Shown here: positions 17,511 to 28,864 of the stretch, piece after piece | Numbering within the stretch: the first letter of the stretch is position 1 | Layout: each line of letters opens with the position of its first letter | Source of the DNA: a virus | IMG/VR virus record: IMGVR_UViG_3300026484_000295 | Span: 64,001 to 128,000 of that record | Reading direction: 5' to 3' (one strand) | Length of the DNA stretch: 64,000 bases | The notes under the pieces: model-generated | What the model was told of the DNA's origin: nothing | The model's database searches: none | The model's input: the letters and a program-made list of their open reading frames with translations, nothing else | Made by a program: the position numbers and the translations under genes

Positions 17511-19907
17511 TCACCCACTACAACTTATGCATTCCTCTTTTTCTGAAACATCAGATGAATTTTTTTGGACACTCCTAATATAATATACAGTTTTCATGTT
17601 ACGTTCCCATGCATACATCAATGTTTCATACATATATTTTGCATTTACTTCTGGTAAATTTAAATTAAATATCAATTCCATCGATATACCCGTATCTGTC
17701 CATTTTTGTATTATAGAAATTATACGCACTACATCTTTTTGGGGGATATTTTTAAATTCTTGATAGAACCACATTTTATCTTTGATAAATGGTGGCATTA
17801 TTGGTACTGCACCTTTAGAATTTTTATCAACATAAAATTTACTAAAAATTGGCAATACCGATGCCGAACACCCTTGCACTAACGATGAACTTGTATTTGG
17901 AGCTATCATATGTAGATGTGAATTTCTAATACCATATTTCTCAAGTCTATCAAAGGTTTTCATCCATCTATCTGGATTATCCGTATTTTCTTTATACCAT
18001 TGTCTATCTCTACCTAAAATTAATCCTTTAGACCACTCTGAGCCATCATATTTTGGATATTTTCCTCTTTCTTTAGCTAAATCAATCGATGCATTAATAG
18101 TATAGTAAGCTATATTCTCAAATAATTTATCAACAACTTCATCAGATTTAGTATATGCGATATTACGTTTAGCTAAATAATCAGCTAATCCCATAGAACC
18201 AACACCAATAGTTCTATATATGTTATTATGGATTTCTCCTTCTTTAATAGGAACATCAGTAAAATCTATAGCATTATCCAATAATCTTACCGCTGTTTCA
18301 CAAGCACTATGTAAATCGGCTTCATCTTCTATGTTGGCAAGATTAATACTATTCAAATTACAAGTATGTACTAGCCCTGCTTCAGTTTCTCTTATAATTT
18401 TAAATTTACCATTTTCTTCTTCAATTTTATTCTCGATCACCTTAGATGGTCTAAAATTTGAATATGATTCTTGACATAAATTACCATTACCAATCATACC
18501 ATCATGCTTATTTGGATTAGCTCTATTCATAGCATCTTTAAAAGTTAAATAAGGCATACCCGTTTCAACTTGAGTTTTCATTATAGTTTTAAATAATTCT
18601 CTTGCTTTTGTACGTCTAACTAATTTTAATACTTTATATTCATCCTCTCTTCCAGAAATTAATCCGCTATACGTAGCATCAAACTCCTCATCATATAATT
18701 CAGTTAAATCAATATCAGCCTCTTGACCAATTTTTAAAATCATCTTTTCGATTTTTCTATAAACTTTTTCAAATGTTTCACCCCAAGATTCTGCTAAATC
18801 AACATTAAGTTTTTTCTTAATTTCATAAGGATCAACCATAAACCAGTCTTGGTTCTTTTTATTTCTACGCATAAATTCATCAGGAATAACAACCTGTGGA
18901 AATATATCAAATGCCTTTGTTCGTTGATCACCATTTTCCGTTTGAAGTTCTAAAAAATCCTCAATATCCATATGCCATATATCTAATGCAACAGTACAAG
19001 CTCCAGCTCTTTTCCCTTGTTGATTAACAGCTACAACAGTATCATTAACATTTCTAATCCAGGGTACCACACCACCAGAGGCATTTGGCATTTGTCCAAT
19101 CCATGAACCTTTACAACGAATTCTAGAAACGTTTAAACCAACTCCTCCACCATTCTTAGATATTTCAGCAATTTGATCAATAACATAATAAATACTATCT
19201 CTTGAATCATCCATTGCTGCAATAAAACAACTCGATAAATTACCAAATGGTTTTCTTAAATTCATAAGCATAGGTGTGGCTAGAGATAATTTTCGTTGTG
19301 CCAATTTTTCATAAGTATCTTTAATTCTATCCAACCTTAATTCTTTTGGTTGATTTTTTTCAATTAATAATGCAGCAGTTAAAAATGCCTCTTGAGGTAA
19401 TTCCCACGGTTTAGATCCACGTGTTAATAAATATCTGTTTATCATTAAATTTGCACCAGCATAATCAAATGACATATCATAATTAACATTAAGAAATTTA
19501 CCAATAGTTTTAATCTCCGATTCATCATAATAATCTAATATCGATGATTCATACAAATTCTCTTTTATAGACTGTTTAATATGTTTTAAATAACTATCAT
19601 AACCAAATGTCTCATAACCTTTTTCAAATTTTACATCTTTATATAGATCCATAAGTTTTAGTCTTGCCGCTAAAATTCTCCAATCCGGTTCATCAATGGA
19701 AGTTAGTTGCAATGCAGTATCAATCAAATTTTCCTGTATTTCTTTAGTCGTCATGTTATTACGAAATCTCATATGAATATTTGATTCTAGTTCAATAGGA
19801 TTTACATTCAACCCATCAGCAGCCCATTCAATAACCTGTCTTATTTTTGTTATATCTAATGGGGTAATATCTCCGTTTCTCTTTACTATTTTATAATGTT
19901 TGGCCAT
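17511..19907 (-). CDS. nrdA: Class I ribonucleotide reductase alpha subunit
   Basis: ATP-cone (IVKRNG), ATP.LMN, LSSCF, GGGVG, NLCQE, CNL.S.NL, IAPN.SSS, KTVYY.R, C-terminal CxxC. Confidence 0.97.
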   Translation of the reverse strand: MAKHYKIVKRNGDITPLDITKIRQVIEWAADGLNVNPIELESNIHMRFRNNMTTKEIQENLIDTALQLTSIDEPDWRILAARLKLMDLYKDVKFEKGYETFGYDSYLKHIKQSIKENLYESSILDYYDESEIKTIGKFLNVNYDMSFDYAGANLMINRYLLTRGSKPWELPQEAFLTAALLIEKNQPKELRLDRIKDTYEKLAQRKLSLATPMLMNLRKPFGNLSSCFIAAMDDSRDSIYYVIDQIAEISKNGGGVGLNVSRIRCKGSWIGQMPNASGGVVPWIRNVNDTVVAVNQQGKRAGACTVALDIWHMDIEDFLELQTENGDQRTKAFDIFPQVVIPDEFMRRNKKNQDWFMVDPYEIKKKLNVDLAESWGETFEKVYRKIEKMILKIGQEADIDLTELYDEEFDATYSGLISGREDEYKVLKLVRRTKARELFKTIMKTQVETGMPYLTFKDAMNRANPNKHDGMIGNGNLCQESYSNFRPSKVIENKIEEENGKFKIIRETEAGLVHTCNLNSINLANIEDEADLHSACETAVRLLDNAIDFTDVPIKEGEIHNNIYRTIGVGSMGLADYLAKRNIAYTKSDEVVDKLFENIAYYTINASIDLAKERGKYPKYDGSEWSKGLILGRDRQWYKENTDNPDRWMKTFDRLEKYGIRNSHLHMIAPNTSSSLVQGCSASVLPIFSKFYVDKNSKGAVPIMPPFIKDKMWFYQEFKNIPQKDVVRIISIIQKWTDTGISMELIFNLNLPEVNAKYMYETLMYAWERNMKTVYYIRSVQKNSSDVSEKEECISCSG

Positions 19908-20068
19908 TCTTGAAATCCCTTTTAAATCTGTTATTTGTATAATATATTGGATATATTTATAGTGTTAGTTTATACTATTTTATGAAAATTTTACAATATT
20001 TTTTTTCTTTTTTAATTTATCATATTTTAGAGAATAAATAAAGAAAATATAATAAAAAAGGATTAATA

Positions 20069-21535
20069 ATGGCTTATGATAGTTCTGGATTTGCAGGCGA
20101 CATACACACAGCAGTAGGAAAATCTGATGTTGTAATGATGCATTATGAATTAAAAATTGGTACTATTGATAATAAGGGCGATTTAACATTGCTAGCTGAT
20201 ACATATTCATATAAAACTGGCACATCATTGTCCGAAATAAAGTGGGGCTTTGTTAATTCCGGTTCATTTGGTGATAAAACTGATGCAAATATAACATTTA
20301 CATTACATGATATTGCCGGTGAAACTTTCCAGAATTTTATGAAATTACAAACAGGATCATATTGGATTTATTTTAAAGGTCCAGATTCAACTGGTTCTCT
20401 TTGGTCTGGTGATGCGGCAATATATGTACCTGATAGAGAAGGTTGCTCTGTTGAATTTTCACCAACTCAAGGTTTTACATACACCTTTACTGGAAAACCT
20501 ATGTTAATGCATGCTAGATCTGAATATGTTACAAATACTGAAGAAATAGAAGTTAATGGGTGGACTGAACCAGGAACAAATTTTATGCAGTTTTTATCAG
20601 AACTTGAAACTGAATGGAATACTGCAGCAAAAAACCACAATAAATGTAATGCAAAAACAATTAAGCTTAATTTTGGAAATCCATCAAATAAATTATGGTT
20701 GACTCCAATCCATAGAGTTGAAAAAACAGAAGAAAATGTTAGAACTATTGAACCATATAAGATTGCAGCAGGTAAAACTATATCCGATGCTATCATAGAT
20801 TTCTTCAATATTATATTCTTAAACGAAAAAGGTGTAAAAAATGATAAACCCACTATTGAAGTAAATTTTGAAAAAACTGAGGGCGATATTATACATATCG
20901 ATGTTAAAATTTGGGGTCTAGAAGATGAAAAAAGTGTAATTAGTTCAGATAAAATTTGCATTGGTACCGATGATAACTGTAATGGTTCCAGATTCAGAGG
21001 ACAATTAGTTGGTATGGATTTTAAACCTCTTTTAGCACTATTAGCAACACAAGTAATTGATGAAGAACTTGCAAATACAGGAACGGGTAAAGGTTCTGCT
21101 GAAACAATAGGACAATGTTTACCAGAAAAAAATACACCTATCGAAGGTCAAACACACACTCAAGTAACTGGAGCTAATAATCCTCATGAATTTGCAGCTG
21201 ATGGATCTTGGGCAGGTATAGATACTCTTTTAAATAAACTAAAATTTCCGAAATTCGTGATTGAAGTTGAATTACCATATTCATATGGATTTACTCCAAA
21301 AATACATGGTGGTTTATTAAAAGATGCTATTGAAGGGTCAACTGGAGGAGGAATACATATTATGCAAGGAACTCAACTTGATTTCTTCTGGTATACTTCC
21401 CCAGACTGCGATAAATTAGACTTAGTGAAAGGAATTTCAAATAAATATCGTATTTCAACCGTAACACATACAATAGGTTTAAATGGTAATTCAACACAAA
21501 TTAAATTATCACACTTATATTTTGCAAACCAGTAG
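20069..21535 (+). CDS. Putative baseplate hub protein (gp27-like position)
   Basis: Directly upstream of the gp5-like spike; C-terminal YRISTVTHTI..NG.ST.IKL resembles hub/late-control-D folds. Confidence 0.5.
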   Translation: MAYDSSGFAGDIHTAVGKSDVVMMHYELKIGTIDNKGDLTLLADTYSYKTGTSLSEIKWGFVNSGSFGDKTDANITFTLHDIAGETFQNFMKLQTGSYWIYFKGPDSTGSLWSGDAAIYVPDREGCSVEFSPTQGFTYTFTGKPMLMHARSEYVTNTEEIEVNGWTEPGTNFMQFLSELETEWNTAAKNHNKCNAKTIKLNFGNPSNKLWLTPIHRVEKTEENVRTIEPYKIAAGKTISDAIIDFFNIIFLNEKGVKNDKPTIEVNFEKTEGDIIHIDVKIWGLEDEKSVISSDKICIGTDDNCNGSRFRGQLVGMDFKPLLALLATQVIDEELANTGTGKGSAETIGQCLPEKNTPIEGQTHTQVTGANNPHEFAADGSWAGIDTLLNKLKFPKFVIEVELPYSYGFTPKIHGGLLKDAIEGSTGGGIHIMQGTQLDFFWYTSPDCDKLDLVKGISNKYRISTVTHTIGLNGNSTQIKLSHLYFANQ

Positions 21536-21560
21536 AATTTTATAATAAATGGAGAAATAA

Positions 21561-23477
21561 ATGAGTACATTTGATGAAAATGGTAGAAGAGAAATAAATC
21601 GTCTTAGAAATGTCGATGGGAATGGTGTTTTTGGAATTGCAAAAGTAATTGGTCGTGCCGATCATACTAATCAAGGACGTATCAGAATTGATGTTGAAGC
21701 ATTAAAAAGGAACGTTGAAGATTCAGAACAAGTACATACTGATGCAAAAAATAAAGAGATTGAACGATATAAATGGGCCGAACTATTATCACCAATAAGA
21801 GGTGAAGGTCATGGTGTATATTGTGTTCCAGAATATGGAGATTATGTATTTTATACATATATTAATAAATTATATATTATATTAGGATCGATTAATAGTC
21901 CTAGTTTAAATTTTCCTGGAACAAATATTCCAGTTGAAGCTCAAAATATGCAAAACAACTCATTAGAATACAATTCATCCCATTGGCCTAATTTAACAAC
22001 TCGAGGACTACATTTAGCTAAACCTGTTTTAGGTGATGTATTTCAACCAGCTTCATTTCTTCATAGATGGAGAAAAAATGATCATTTAATGTACAATACA
22101 ACAAAAATTCACGATAAATGGGGTTCAGCAGCAAAATTAGTTGAACATAGATCTGCAGAAAATAATTTTTTACAGATGGTAGATATAGGAAATCATAGTA
22201 TTTCTCCTGGTACAGCTGGGAGAAATCATAAAAAATATTCCCCAGTTAGACAATCAGATTATAGAGATTTATGGGAGGGTTTTAATATAAATAAAGAGTT
22301 TTGGACTCAAAGAACTGACAAACCACCATTATCACATGAATCACAATATATTAAATTAGCAACAAATGGTCATGATTATCATGAAGAGCCACACCCAGAT
22401 ACCGGAGCCGATTTACCTGATAAAGTACGAGGTGAAATTCGTTTAGATGATAGAATAACCGATGGTACACATGAAACTTCAAAAACTTATTGTCCTATTT
22501 ATCAAACATTGAAAGTAGCAATAGGGGATGAGAGATACGTTAATGATAAAATGCCGAAAGTTCCTTGGATTGCTGGAGCACCATTTAGAAGAAAACTTAA
22601 AAAATGGATTGAAGATACTGGGGATAAATATGATCCAGAAAATCAGCATTTTAATGTAGGTCATTATTTAACTTTATCTAATACAATTTATAAACGTAGA
22701 GCAATGCTGTCTACAAAAAAAGGGCATCAACTGGTCATGTCTGATATTGATTTTGATGAAAAAGTCCTATTAAATTCATATAGAGGCAAGCATATTTATA
22801 TGGAAGATGGATTACCAGACCTTTATGATGCTATGTGGTTTGCTTCACAAAAACATCATATGTTGTTTGTTGATCATATGCAAACACCATATTTAATCGA
22901 TGATATGGGAGAAGAAAGACATAGATTATTAGATCCAAATCAAATTGACTTTTCTTCATATCAATTAATTCAAACAGAAAAATATCAAAAAATATGGCTT
23001 GCTGATAGTCCATTATGTCCAAGGATTCATGCACATACAACATCAGGACATGAATTATTATTATTAGACCATGATCAAGGGACCATTGGTCATATGCAAG
23101 CATCTAACAAAGGCAAAATACAACTAACAACCAATGATAAACAAATGCAAATTACTATGGATGTTGAAAATGGTGATATTACTATCCAAAATCATAACCT
23201 TGTAGGTAAAGGTGCTGGTGGTAAACCATTTACTGGTGATATTAGTATATATGCAGCAAACAATCTATTATTACACGCTGATAATATGATTCAAATGAGA
23301 GCAAATTTGGGTTATGATATTCAATCATCTGAAGGATCGTATAATGTAGTAGCTTGTGGTATTTCTCATTCTACTCCTTGTGGAGCCCCAACTATACCAG
23401 AAGTAATAAGACCAACGGTTTTAACAGATATTGATGTAACAGAAGGTGTATTAATAAATAAATTTGATCCAAGTTAA
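21561..23477 (+). CDS. Baseplate central spike, gp5/VgrG-like
   Basis: OB-fold (AKVIGRADHTNQGRIRI...WAELLSP...G.YCVPEYGD.V) and GH.L..D beta-repeats. Confidence 0.8.
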   Translation: MSTFDENGRREINRLRNVDGNGVFGIAKVIGRADHTNQGRIRIDVEALKRNVEDSEQVHTDAKNKEIERYKWAELLSPIRGEGHGVYCVPEYGDYVFYTYINKLYIILGSINSPSLNFPGTNIPVEAQNMQNNSLEYNSSHWPNLTTRGLHLAKPVLGDVFQPASFLHRWRKNDHLMYNTTKIHDKWGSAAKLVEHRSAENNFLQMVDIGNHSISPGTAGRNHKKYSPVRQSDYRDLWEGFNINKEFWTQRTDKPPLSHESQYIKLATNGHDYHEEPHPDTGADLPDKVRGEIRLDDRITDGTHETSKTYCPIYQTLKVAIGDERYVNDKMPKVPWIAGAPFRRKLKKWIEDTGDKYDPENQHFNVGHYLTLSNTIYKRRAMLSTKKGHQLVMSDIDFDEKVLLNSYRGKHIYMEDGLPDLYDAMWFASQKHHMLFVDHMQTPYLIDDMGEERHRLLDPNQIDFSSYQLIQTEKYQKIWLADSPLCPRIHAHTTSGHELLLLDHDQGTIGHMQASNKGKIQLTTNDKQMQITMDVENGDITIQNHNLVGKGAGGKPFTGDISIYAANNLLLHADNMIQMRANLGYDIQSSEGSYNVVACGISHSTPCGAPTIPEVIRPTVLTDIDVTEGVLINKFDPS

Positions 23478-23492
23478 AAAAAGGAGTTAAAA

Positions 23493-23915
23493 ATGGCTGC
23501 AAATCCAATCGATATGAGTCCAGTACCACCACAAGCTAATAATAATCATAGAATTATTCAACTGCCACAAGATTTCGGTGATGGTGGAGGACAAAGAACA
23601 CAAATCATTACTATGCAAGGGCATGAAATAATTATGTTAGACTCTCCAAGTGGTAGGAGTAAAATTCAAATAACTACGAGTGATGGTTCACAACAATTAA
23701 TCTTAGATGAAATGAATAAGACATTTTATATTGGTGTTGCTGATGCAGATACAAAAATAGTAATAGAAAGTGATGCTAAAATTGAGATACGCTCTAGACA
23801 AGATATTTTTGTTGATGCACCAAATATAAACTTTAATTGTGAAGACTTTGATGTTCAAAAAGACCAACAACCTTCACACCCACCAACAACACCAAAAGAT
23901 ATGGGTTATGAATAA
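23493..23915 (+). CDS. Spike beta-helix-like protein (short gp5 C-terminal paralog)
   Basis: ITMQGHEIIMLDSPSGRSKIQITT...IVIESDAKIEIRS..DI.VDA.NINFN. Confidence 0.6.
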   Translation: MAANPIDMSPVPPQANNNHRIIQLPQDFGDGGGQRTQIITMQGHEIIMLDSPSGRSKIQITTSDGSQQLILDEMNKTFYIGVADADTKIVIESDAKIEIRSRQDIFVDAPNINFNCEDFDVQKDQQPSHPPTTPKDMGYE

Positions 23916-24777
23916 TTTAGAAATTTTAATCACTCAATTATTAGAAAATGATGAATTTGCTTTGATACCATTTAATAAAAATATTGATGTCGAACTAAAA
24001 TTTTATTTTGATTTTTTTATCAATTTAAAAACGGATTTATTATTACGTAATTTATTAAAATACCAGGATCATAATAATTTTGATAAAGCTTTAAATATAA
24101 TAATTCACTATAAAGATAAAATTTCGGATAGTAATATAATTTTAGATTTTAAAACTTTTTTAATAATTAAAGATATATTTACAAAAAATAAACAGTTTGA
24201 ATATGAGTGTACTTTCTATAAAGAAATTACTAAGCAAGTTGTAGCTGGTGAAATATTATTCATCGATAATAAATTATTAGATTTTATATATAATAATGAT
24301 ATTGACAATTATATAAAAATAGCATTAAAACTGGATATAAATGATGCAATAAATAAAATTTTTGATAAAGACAAATATAAAATATTTAATTGGTTAAATA
24401 ATCATCCTAATAAATTTACCGAATTAAAAAAATTAAATCAACCATATTTTATTCTTACCAATATGAATAGTAGATTAGATATAAATGATGAAACATTAAA
24501 ATATTTCTTTGAAGTTGCTCCAATAGATATTTCACTATATAAAAACCTACGCCAGAATTTATCATTGGAAATCATATATAAATATAGTAAAAATAAGGTT
24601 TCAGATGAATTTATTTTTGAACTCGTCGAAACCTTTGACGATATAGTTTTTATTTTAAACTTAAATAATTTAAATCTAAATACTCTAAATTCCTTTATGA
24701 ATAAGATTAAAAATGATTTTCCACATGTTTACAATAATCTTAATTCTTTATTACTTATGAAAAAGGAAATTCTCTAA
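23908..24777 (+). CDS. Hypothetical protein
   Basis: Likely start MNNLEIL at 23908, overlapping the upstream stop. Confidence 0.6.
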   Translation: MNNLEILITQLLENDEFALIPFNKNIDVELKFYFDFFINLKTDLLLRNLLKYQDHNNFDKALNIIIHYKDKISDSNIILDFKTFLIIKDIFTKNKQFEYECTFYKEITKQVVAGEILFIDNKLLDFIYNNDIDNYIKIALKLDINDAINKIFDKDKYKIFNWLNNHPNKFTELKKLNQPYFILTNMNSRLDINDETLKYFFEVAPIDISLYKNLRQNLSLEIIYKYSKNKVSDEFIFELVETFDDIVFILNLNNLNLNTLNSFMNKIKNDFPHVYNNLNSLLLMKKEIL

Positions 24778-24815
24778 TAAATAAATAAAAAATATATTAG
24801 AGATGGAGAAATGAT

Positions 24816-27800
24816 ATGGGTTTAATCGTTAAACACGCAGATGGGAGTGAATTCCTTAATATTGCGAATAAAACATATGATGATGTATCAACAAGTTTAA
24901 AATTACCAGGTAAAGGTGTTTTAAATTGGGGTGAGGCATATGTAAATAATTTTGTACACTTACTAGAAAATTTTGCTAGTTCAATTGAACCACAAAACCC
25001 ACAAGTTGGTCAATTATGGTATAATACGGGTTCAGGTGTTTTATCAGTTTATACAATAGGACAAGAATGGGAAATAATTAATAAAGATACGGATATTGAA
25101 GCTAAATTTGATGCTTTAGTTGCTGAATTACAAGAAAGTAATGCAGGGACTATACCTCCAACAGATGTATCTATTGGTACTACTTGGTTCGATACAAACG
25201 TAAACGTATTAAAAGTTTTTAATGGTACTGAATGGGTTTCATTTGGTTTCAATTCAATAGCATCTTTTATTCAACCTAGTGATAGCGAGGCGTCAGATTT
25301 ATGGTATGATAAGAATATTAATAATCTTAAAGTTTATGACGGTTCACAATTTCAAAGGTTAATTTCGACTATTGAAAGTACAAATCAACCAACTAATTCG
25401 CCTGTTGGTCAATTTTGGACAAATACTACAACAGGTCAAATATTTATATACAAACAAGAACCATCTACAGGTGAATATTATTGGCAAGAATTAGGAGCAG
25501 AAATTGTTACAGAAGGTGATGTTTTACCGACCGTTGCCAAAACTGGTGCATTACATATAACTCGTACATCTTTTTCAAATATCCTATATATTAATAAAGG
25601 TACTAAAACTTCTCCTGTATGGGTTGAAATTCCAGAATTTGGTGGCGCTATAAAATCCGTAAATGAGCCTGTTGATGCTAAAGATGGTATGTTTTGGTTA
25701 GATGGGAATGATGTATTAAAAATTAGAAAATCTGGAGTATGGACAGATATTGACCAAACTGCAATTTCATATATTTCCGAAACAATGCCAACAGATGCTA
25801 AAGATGGTATGATATGGTTCGATACTTCAACTGGTTCTATGAAAATTAAAGTTGGAAGTAATTGGGAAGCTGTACAAGATACAGGATTAATTGAATATGG
25901 TGTAGCCCCAATTTCACCAAAAGAAGGACAATTATGGTTCGATAATACAAGATCTGAACTAAAGATATTTAACGGCACTTCGTGGATAGTTGTTAATAAT
26001 TCAAGTACTATCGTAAGTTATCAAACCCCGTTAGATGCTACTACTGGGCAATTATGGTTAGATACTACAAGTTCAGAATTAAAAGTTATGAAAGATGGAA
26101 GATGGGCCGCTTTACCAGAAAATGCTAGAGCACATCTAACAATTCCTGCTAGTCCTAAAAATGGTGATATGGCTTATGTTAATAACGCATTAAAAATATA
26201 TGATGGTTCTGATTGGAAAGATATTAATATAAATATCGATAATAGTACAACAGGAGATAATGTATCAATTAATTATGATGAAATTTCACATGAAATAGTT
26301 ATAGTTTCAGATGGTATCTCAACAAGAGTGCCTCTAGCAGTTAGTAGAGACGTTATTGTTGAGAATGTGGGTATAACATCTGACGTTGTTGAAGTTATAC
26401 ACCCAGATATAAGTGAGGGCGAACGAAGAATTATTAATATACAGAAGGTTAATTTAAATAGATCTTTTTTCGTTTTTAGAAATGGTAGATTTACTGATAA
26501 TTATTATACAGACTCCCAGGATTTAATTCTTAATAATGCGGCTGGAGATGATGAAATCGATATTTTACAATTTAATGGCGATATTTCTATAAATTATATA
26601 GTTAAAAAATTTAAATCAACTATTAATGGCAATTTTACTATTGATAACTATACTAGAACATTAGAAGAACAAGAAGAATACGATATTATTAAAGCTGAAT
26701 ATGATGCTAAGCTAGTTGAATTAATCGCACAGTACGGCGATAATAGTTCTGAAAGTGATTTAACTGATGCTGATTGGACTATATTGGATGAAATCGAAAG
26801 TAGATTCCCTGTTAAAATATCAAATCAAATAGCAGATTTATCATTAGGGTCTATTATAGTATTTAAAGAGGGTATTTTTATACCCACAGACGATTTATCA
26901 ATCAATGAGTTAAATGAAAATAAAATTATTATTCCTAACACGAATGCAGGCGAAATTTATACAATCATACAATTGATTGCGGGTAATGACTATAAATCAT
27001 CATTCTTCAATCGAGAAAATTCTTTTACTATTGGATCAGTTGAAGATACAACAGAATCAGCTCTAAATGTTGCAGGTAAAATGATGACTGATATGCTTCA
27101 AGCTGCTTCAAAAAATACTGCTGGATATGGTGAAGTTGATGTAGATTATGTTTTTAACAATACTGAAAAAACTGTTACCTTCAGTTTGATGAATATTGAT
27201 ACAAACTATCATTTCTTTGTAACTAGAAATAATCTTTTTGTTTCACCAGTAAATTATACAGTAGATACAATTAATAACACATTAACAATGCATGCTAATT
27301 CTTTAGATGAAATACGATTTTTTCAATTCTATTTACCACATAATTATGTACCTATTGAATTTAATTACAAAGAAGCTTTAGCTGCAAATGAAGGATGGAT
27401 AACAATCGAATTAAGTCAAGATTTTGACTTAAATAGTCCTCTACTAGTATATAGAAATGGTATGCTACAAGAATCAGCAAACATCAATATTATTACTCAA
27501 GAAACACTTGTTGATGATAATGGCATTACATATACCGTTGATGGATTAAGAAAAGTACAAATTTTTGGAGATGCAGAAACAAATGATGAATCTGTATCTG
27601 GAGTACAAATAGGTGATATCGTAACTATTATGCAAGTTTCACAACCGGAATTTTATAATATTTATTTAGAAGAATTTGGTGCAACAGTTGATGGTTTTAA
27701 TATTTTTACCTTTAATGATATAGACAGCCAAAAAGATATCTTAGTATATAGAAATGGTATGAAATTAGATGATGTAAGTTTCTATATTAATGATGATGGC

Positions 27801-28811
27801 AAATTAGTAGTCTCAGATTGTAATGGACCAACAATCGATGAACTTAATATCGATCCTAATGCTAGAGGCGATACAATTATCGTTTATCAATTTTTTACTA
27901 AAGATGTAATAGCTGAAGATGATTTAACATTCACTAAGGAAATAATTACAGCTACAACAGATGGTTATGAATACTTCCAATTACAAAATACAGAATTTAT
28001 AGCGGATGAATTCCTTTTAGTATTTAAAAATGGTCAATTAATTACAAGAAAACAACCTGAATCTGAAGATACAAATCAAACTCAAATAAATACATATAAA
28101 GTGTTTGCTGAAAGAGTTTATAATAATACAGTCCCAGCCTTAGATATTAACGGTGATCCAATTTATGATAGTGAAGGTAACCCAGTATTAAATGTTGATC
28201 CTGAAGATTATACAGATATTATGGCATTCAGTTTAGATAATGTTGTAGCTGGTGAAGAGATAGTAATATATGAATTTAATAAAAAAGTTACTAACGTAAA
28301 TAATTTATCTAGCGAAAATCATTATGAAATTCTTCCTAAAAATAATATCCAGCGAATTTATACTTCTAAGTTTGACCAATTATCAAACTTAACAATGGTA
28401 TTTCAAGACGGTTTAATTATCGATAGAAAAGTAGATAGTAATGGTAATGATAATGCTAGAATCGATGGAATGTTTAGAATATTAGATCAATATGCAGTCG
28501 ATAACATTACAAAATCAATCATAGTTAATGATTGGAAAGTGGGTGGTAAATTAAGAATTCAACAATTTACAGCACAATCATCAGATATAAAAACAATCAC
28601 GTTAAGCGTAACAATATTAGCAGATGGAACATATGATGTATTTTTACCAAACAATGAATCATATACACCTAATGCTGGAGCAATTGAAGTGTATGTTGAT
28701 AGACAAATCCAATGGACTGGTGAAGATTATCAAGAAGTTGCTAATAATAGAATAATGTTTACCAGACAACTTATGAAAGATCAAGTTGTAAAAATGATTA
28801 TAAGAAAATAG
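24816..28811 (+). CDS. Large baseplate/tail-fibre protein with GQLWxD repeats and C-terminal VxRNG beta modules
   Basis: About 10 P...G.LW.D...LK...G..W repeats, then about 8 V(F/Y)(R/K)NG modules. Confidence 0.75.
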   Translation: MGLIVKHADGSEFLNIANKTYDDVSTSLKLPGKGVLNWGEAYVNNFVHLLENFASSIEPQNPQVGQLWYNTGSGVLSVYTIGQEWEIINKDTDIEAKFDALVAELQESNAGTIPPTDVSIGTTWFDTNVNVLKVFNGTEWVSFGFNSIASFIQPSDSEASDLWYDKNINNLKVYDGSQFQRLISTIESTNQPTNSPVGQFWTNTTTGQIFIYKQEPSTGEYYWQELGAEIVTEGDVLPTVAKTGALHITRTSFSNILYINKGTKTSPVWVEIPEFGGAIKSVNEPVDAKDGMFWLDGNDVLKIRKSGVWTDIDQTAISYISETMPTDAKDGMIWFDTSTGSMKIKVGSNWEAVQDTGLIEYGVAPISPKEGQLWFDNTRSELKIFNGTSWIVVNNSSTIVSYQTPLDATTGQLWLDTTSSELKVMKDGRWAALPENARAHLTIPASPKNGDMAYVNNALKIYDGSDWKDININIDNSTTGDNVSINYDEISHEIVIVSDGISTRVPLAVSRDVIVENVGITSDVVEVIHPDISEGERRIINIQKVNLNRSFFVFRNGRFTDNYYTDSQDLILNNAAGDDEIDILQFNGDISINYIVKKFKSTINGNFTIDNYTRTLEEQEEYDIIKAEYDAKLVELIAQYGDNSSESDLTDADWTILDEIESRFPVKISNQIADLSLGSIIVFKEGIFIPTDDLSINELNENKIIIPNTNAGEIYTIIQLIAGNDYKSSFFNRENSFTIGSVEDTTESALNVAGKMMTDMLQAASKNTAGYGEVDVDYVFNNTEKTVTFSLMNIDTNYHFFVTRNNLFVSPVNYTVDTINNTLTMHANSLDEIRFFQFYLPHNYVPIEFNYKEALAANEGWITIELSQDFDLNSPLLVYRNGMLQESANINIITQETLVDDNGITYTVDGLRKVQIFGDAETNDESVSGVQIGDIVTIMQVSQPEFYNIYLEEFGATVDGFNIFTFNDIDSQKDILVYRNGMKLDDVSFYINDDGKLVVSDCNGPTIDELNIDPNARGDTIIVYQFFTKDVIAEDDLTFTKEIITATTDGYEYFQLQNTEFIADEFLLVFKNGQLITRKQPESEDTNQTQINTYKVFAERVYNNTVPALDINGDPIYDSEGNPVLNVDPEDYTDIMAFSLDNVVAGEEIVIYEFNKKVTNVNNLSSENHYEILPKNNIQRIYTSKFDQLSNLTMVFQDGLIIDRKVDSNGNDNARIDGMFRILDQYAVDNITKSIIVNDWKVGGKLRIQQFTAQSSDIKTITLSVTILADGTYDVFLPNNESYTPNAGAIEVYVDRQIQWTGEDYQEVANNRIMFTRQLMKDQVVKMIIRK

Positions 28812-28824
28812 CTTTTTCTTATCA

Positions 28825-28854
28825 CTCCTTTATATAAATAAATATATAAAGGAG
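28825..28854 (+). promoter_or_regulatory. Late promoter TATAAATA (28833-28840) inside a 12-bp hairpin that pairs with the Shine-Dalgarno sequence
   Basis: CTCCTTTATATA-AATAAA-TATATAAAGGAG; ATG at 28865. Confidence 0.7.
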
Positions 28855-28864
28855 GGCTTATTTC

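Noticed and set aside
17511-19907. Intein or intron in nrdA
   Set aside because: The ORF is continuous at normal length with intact catalytic motifs; only a short acidic insertion is present.
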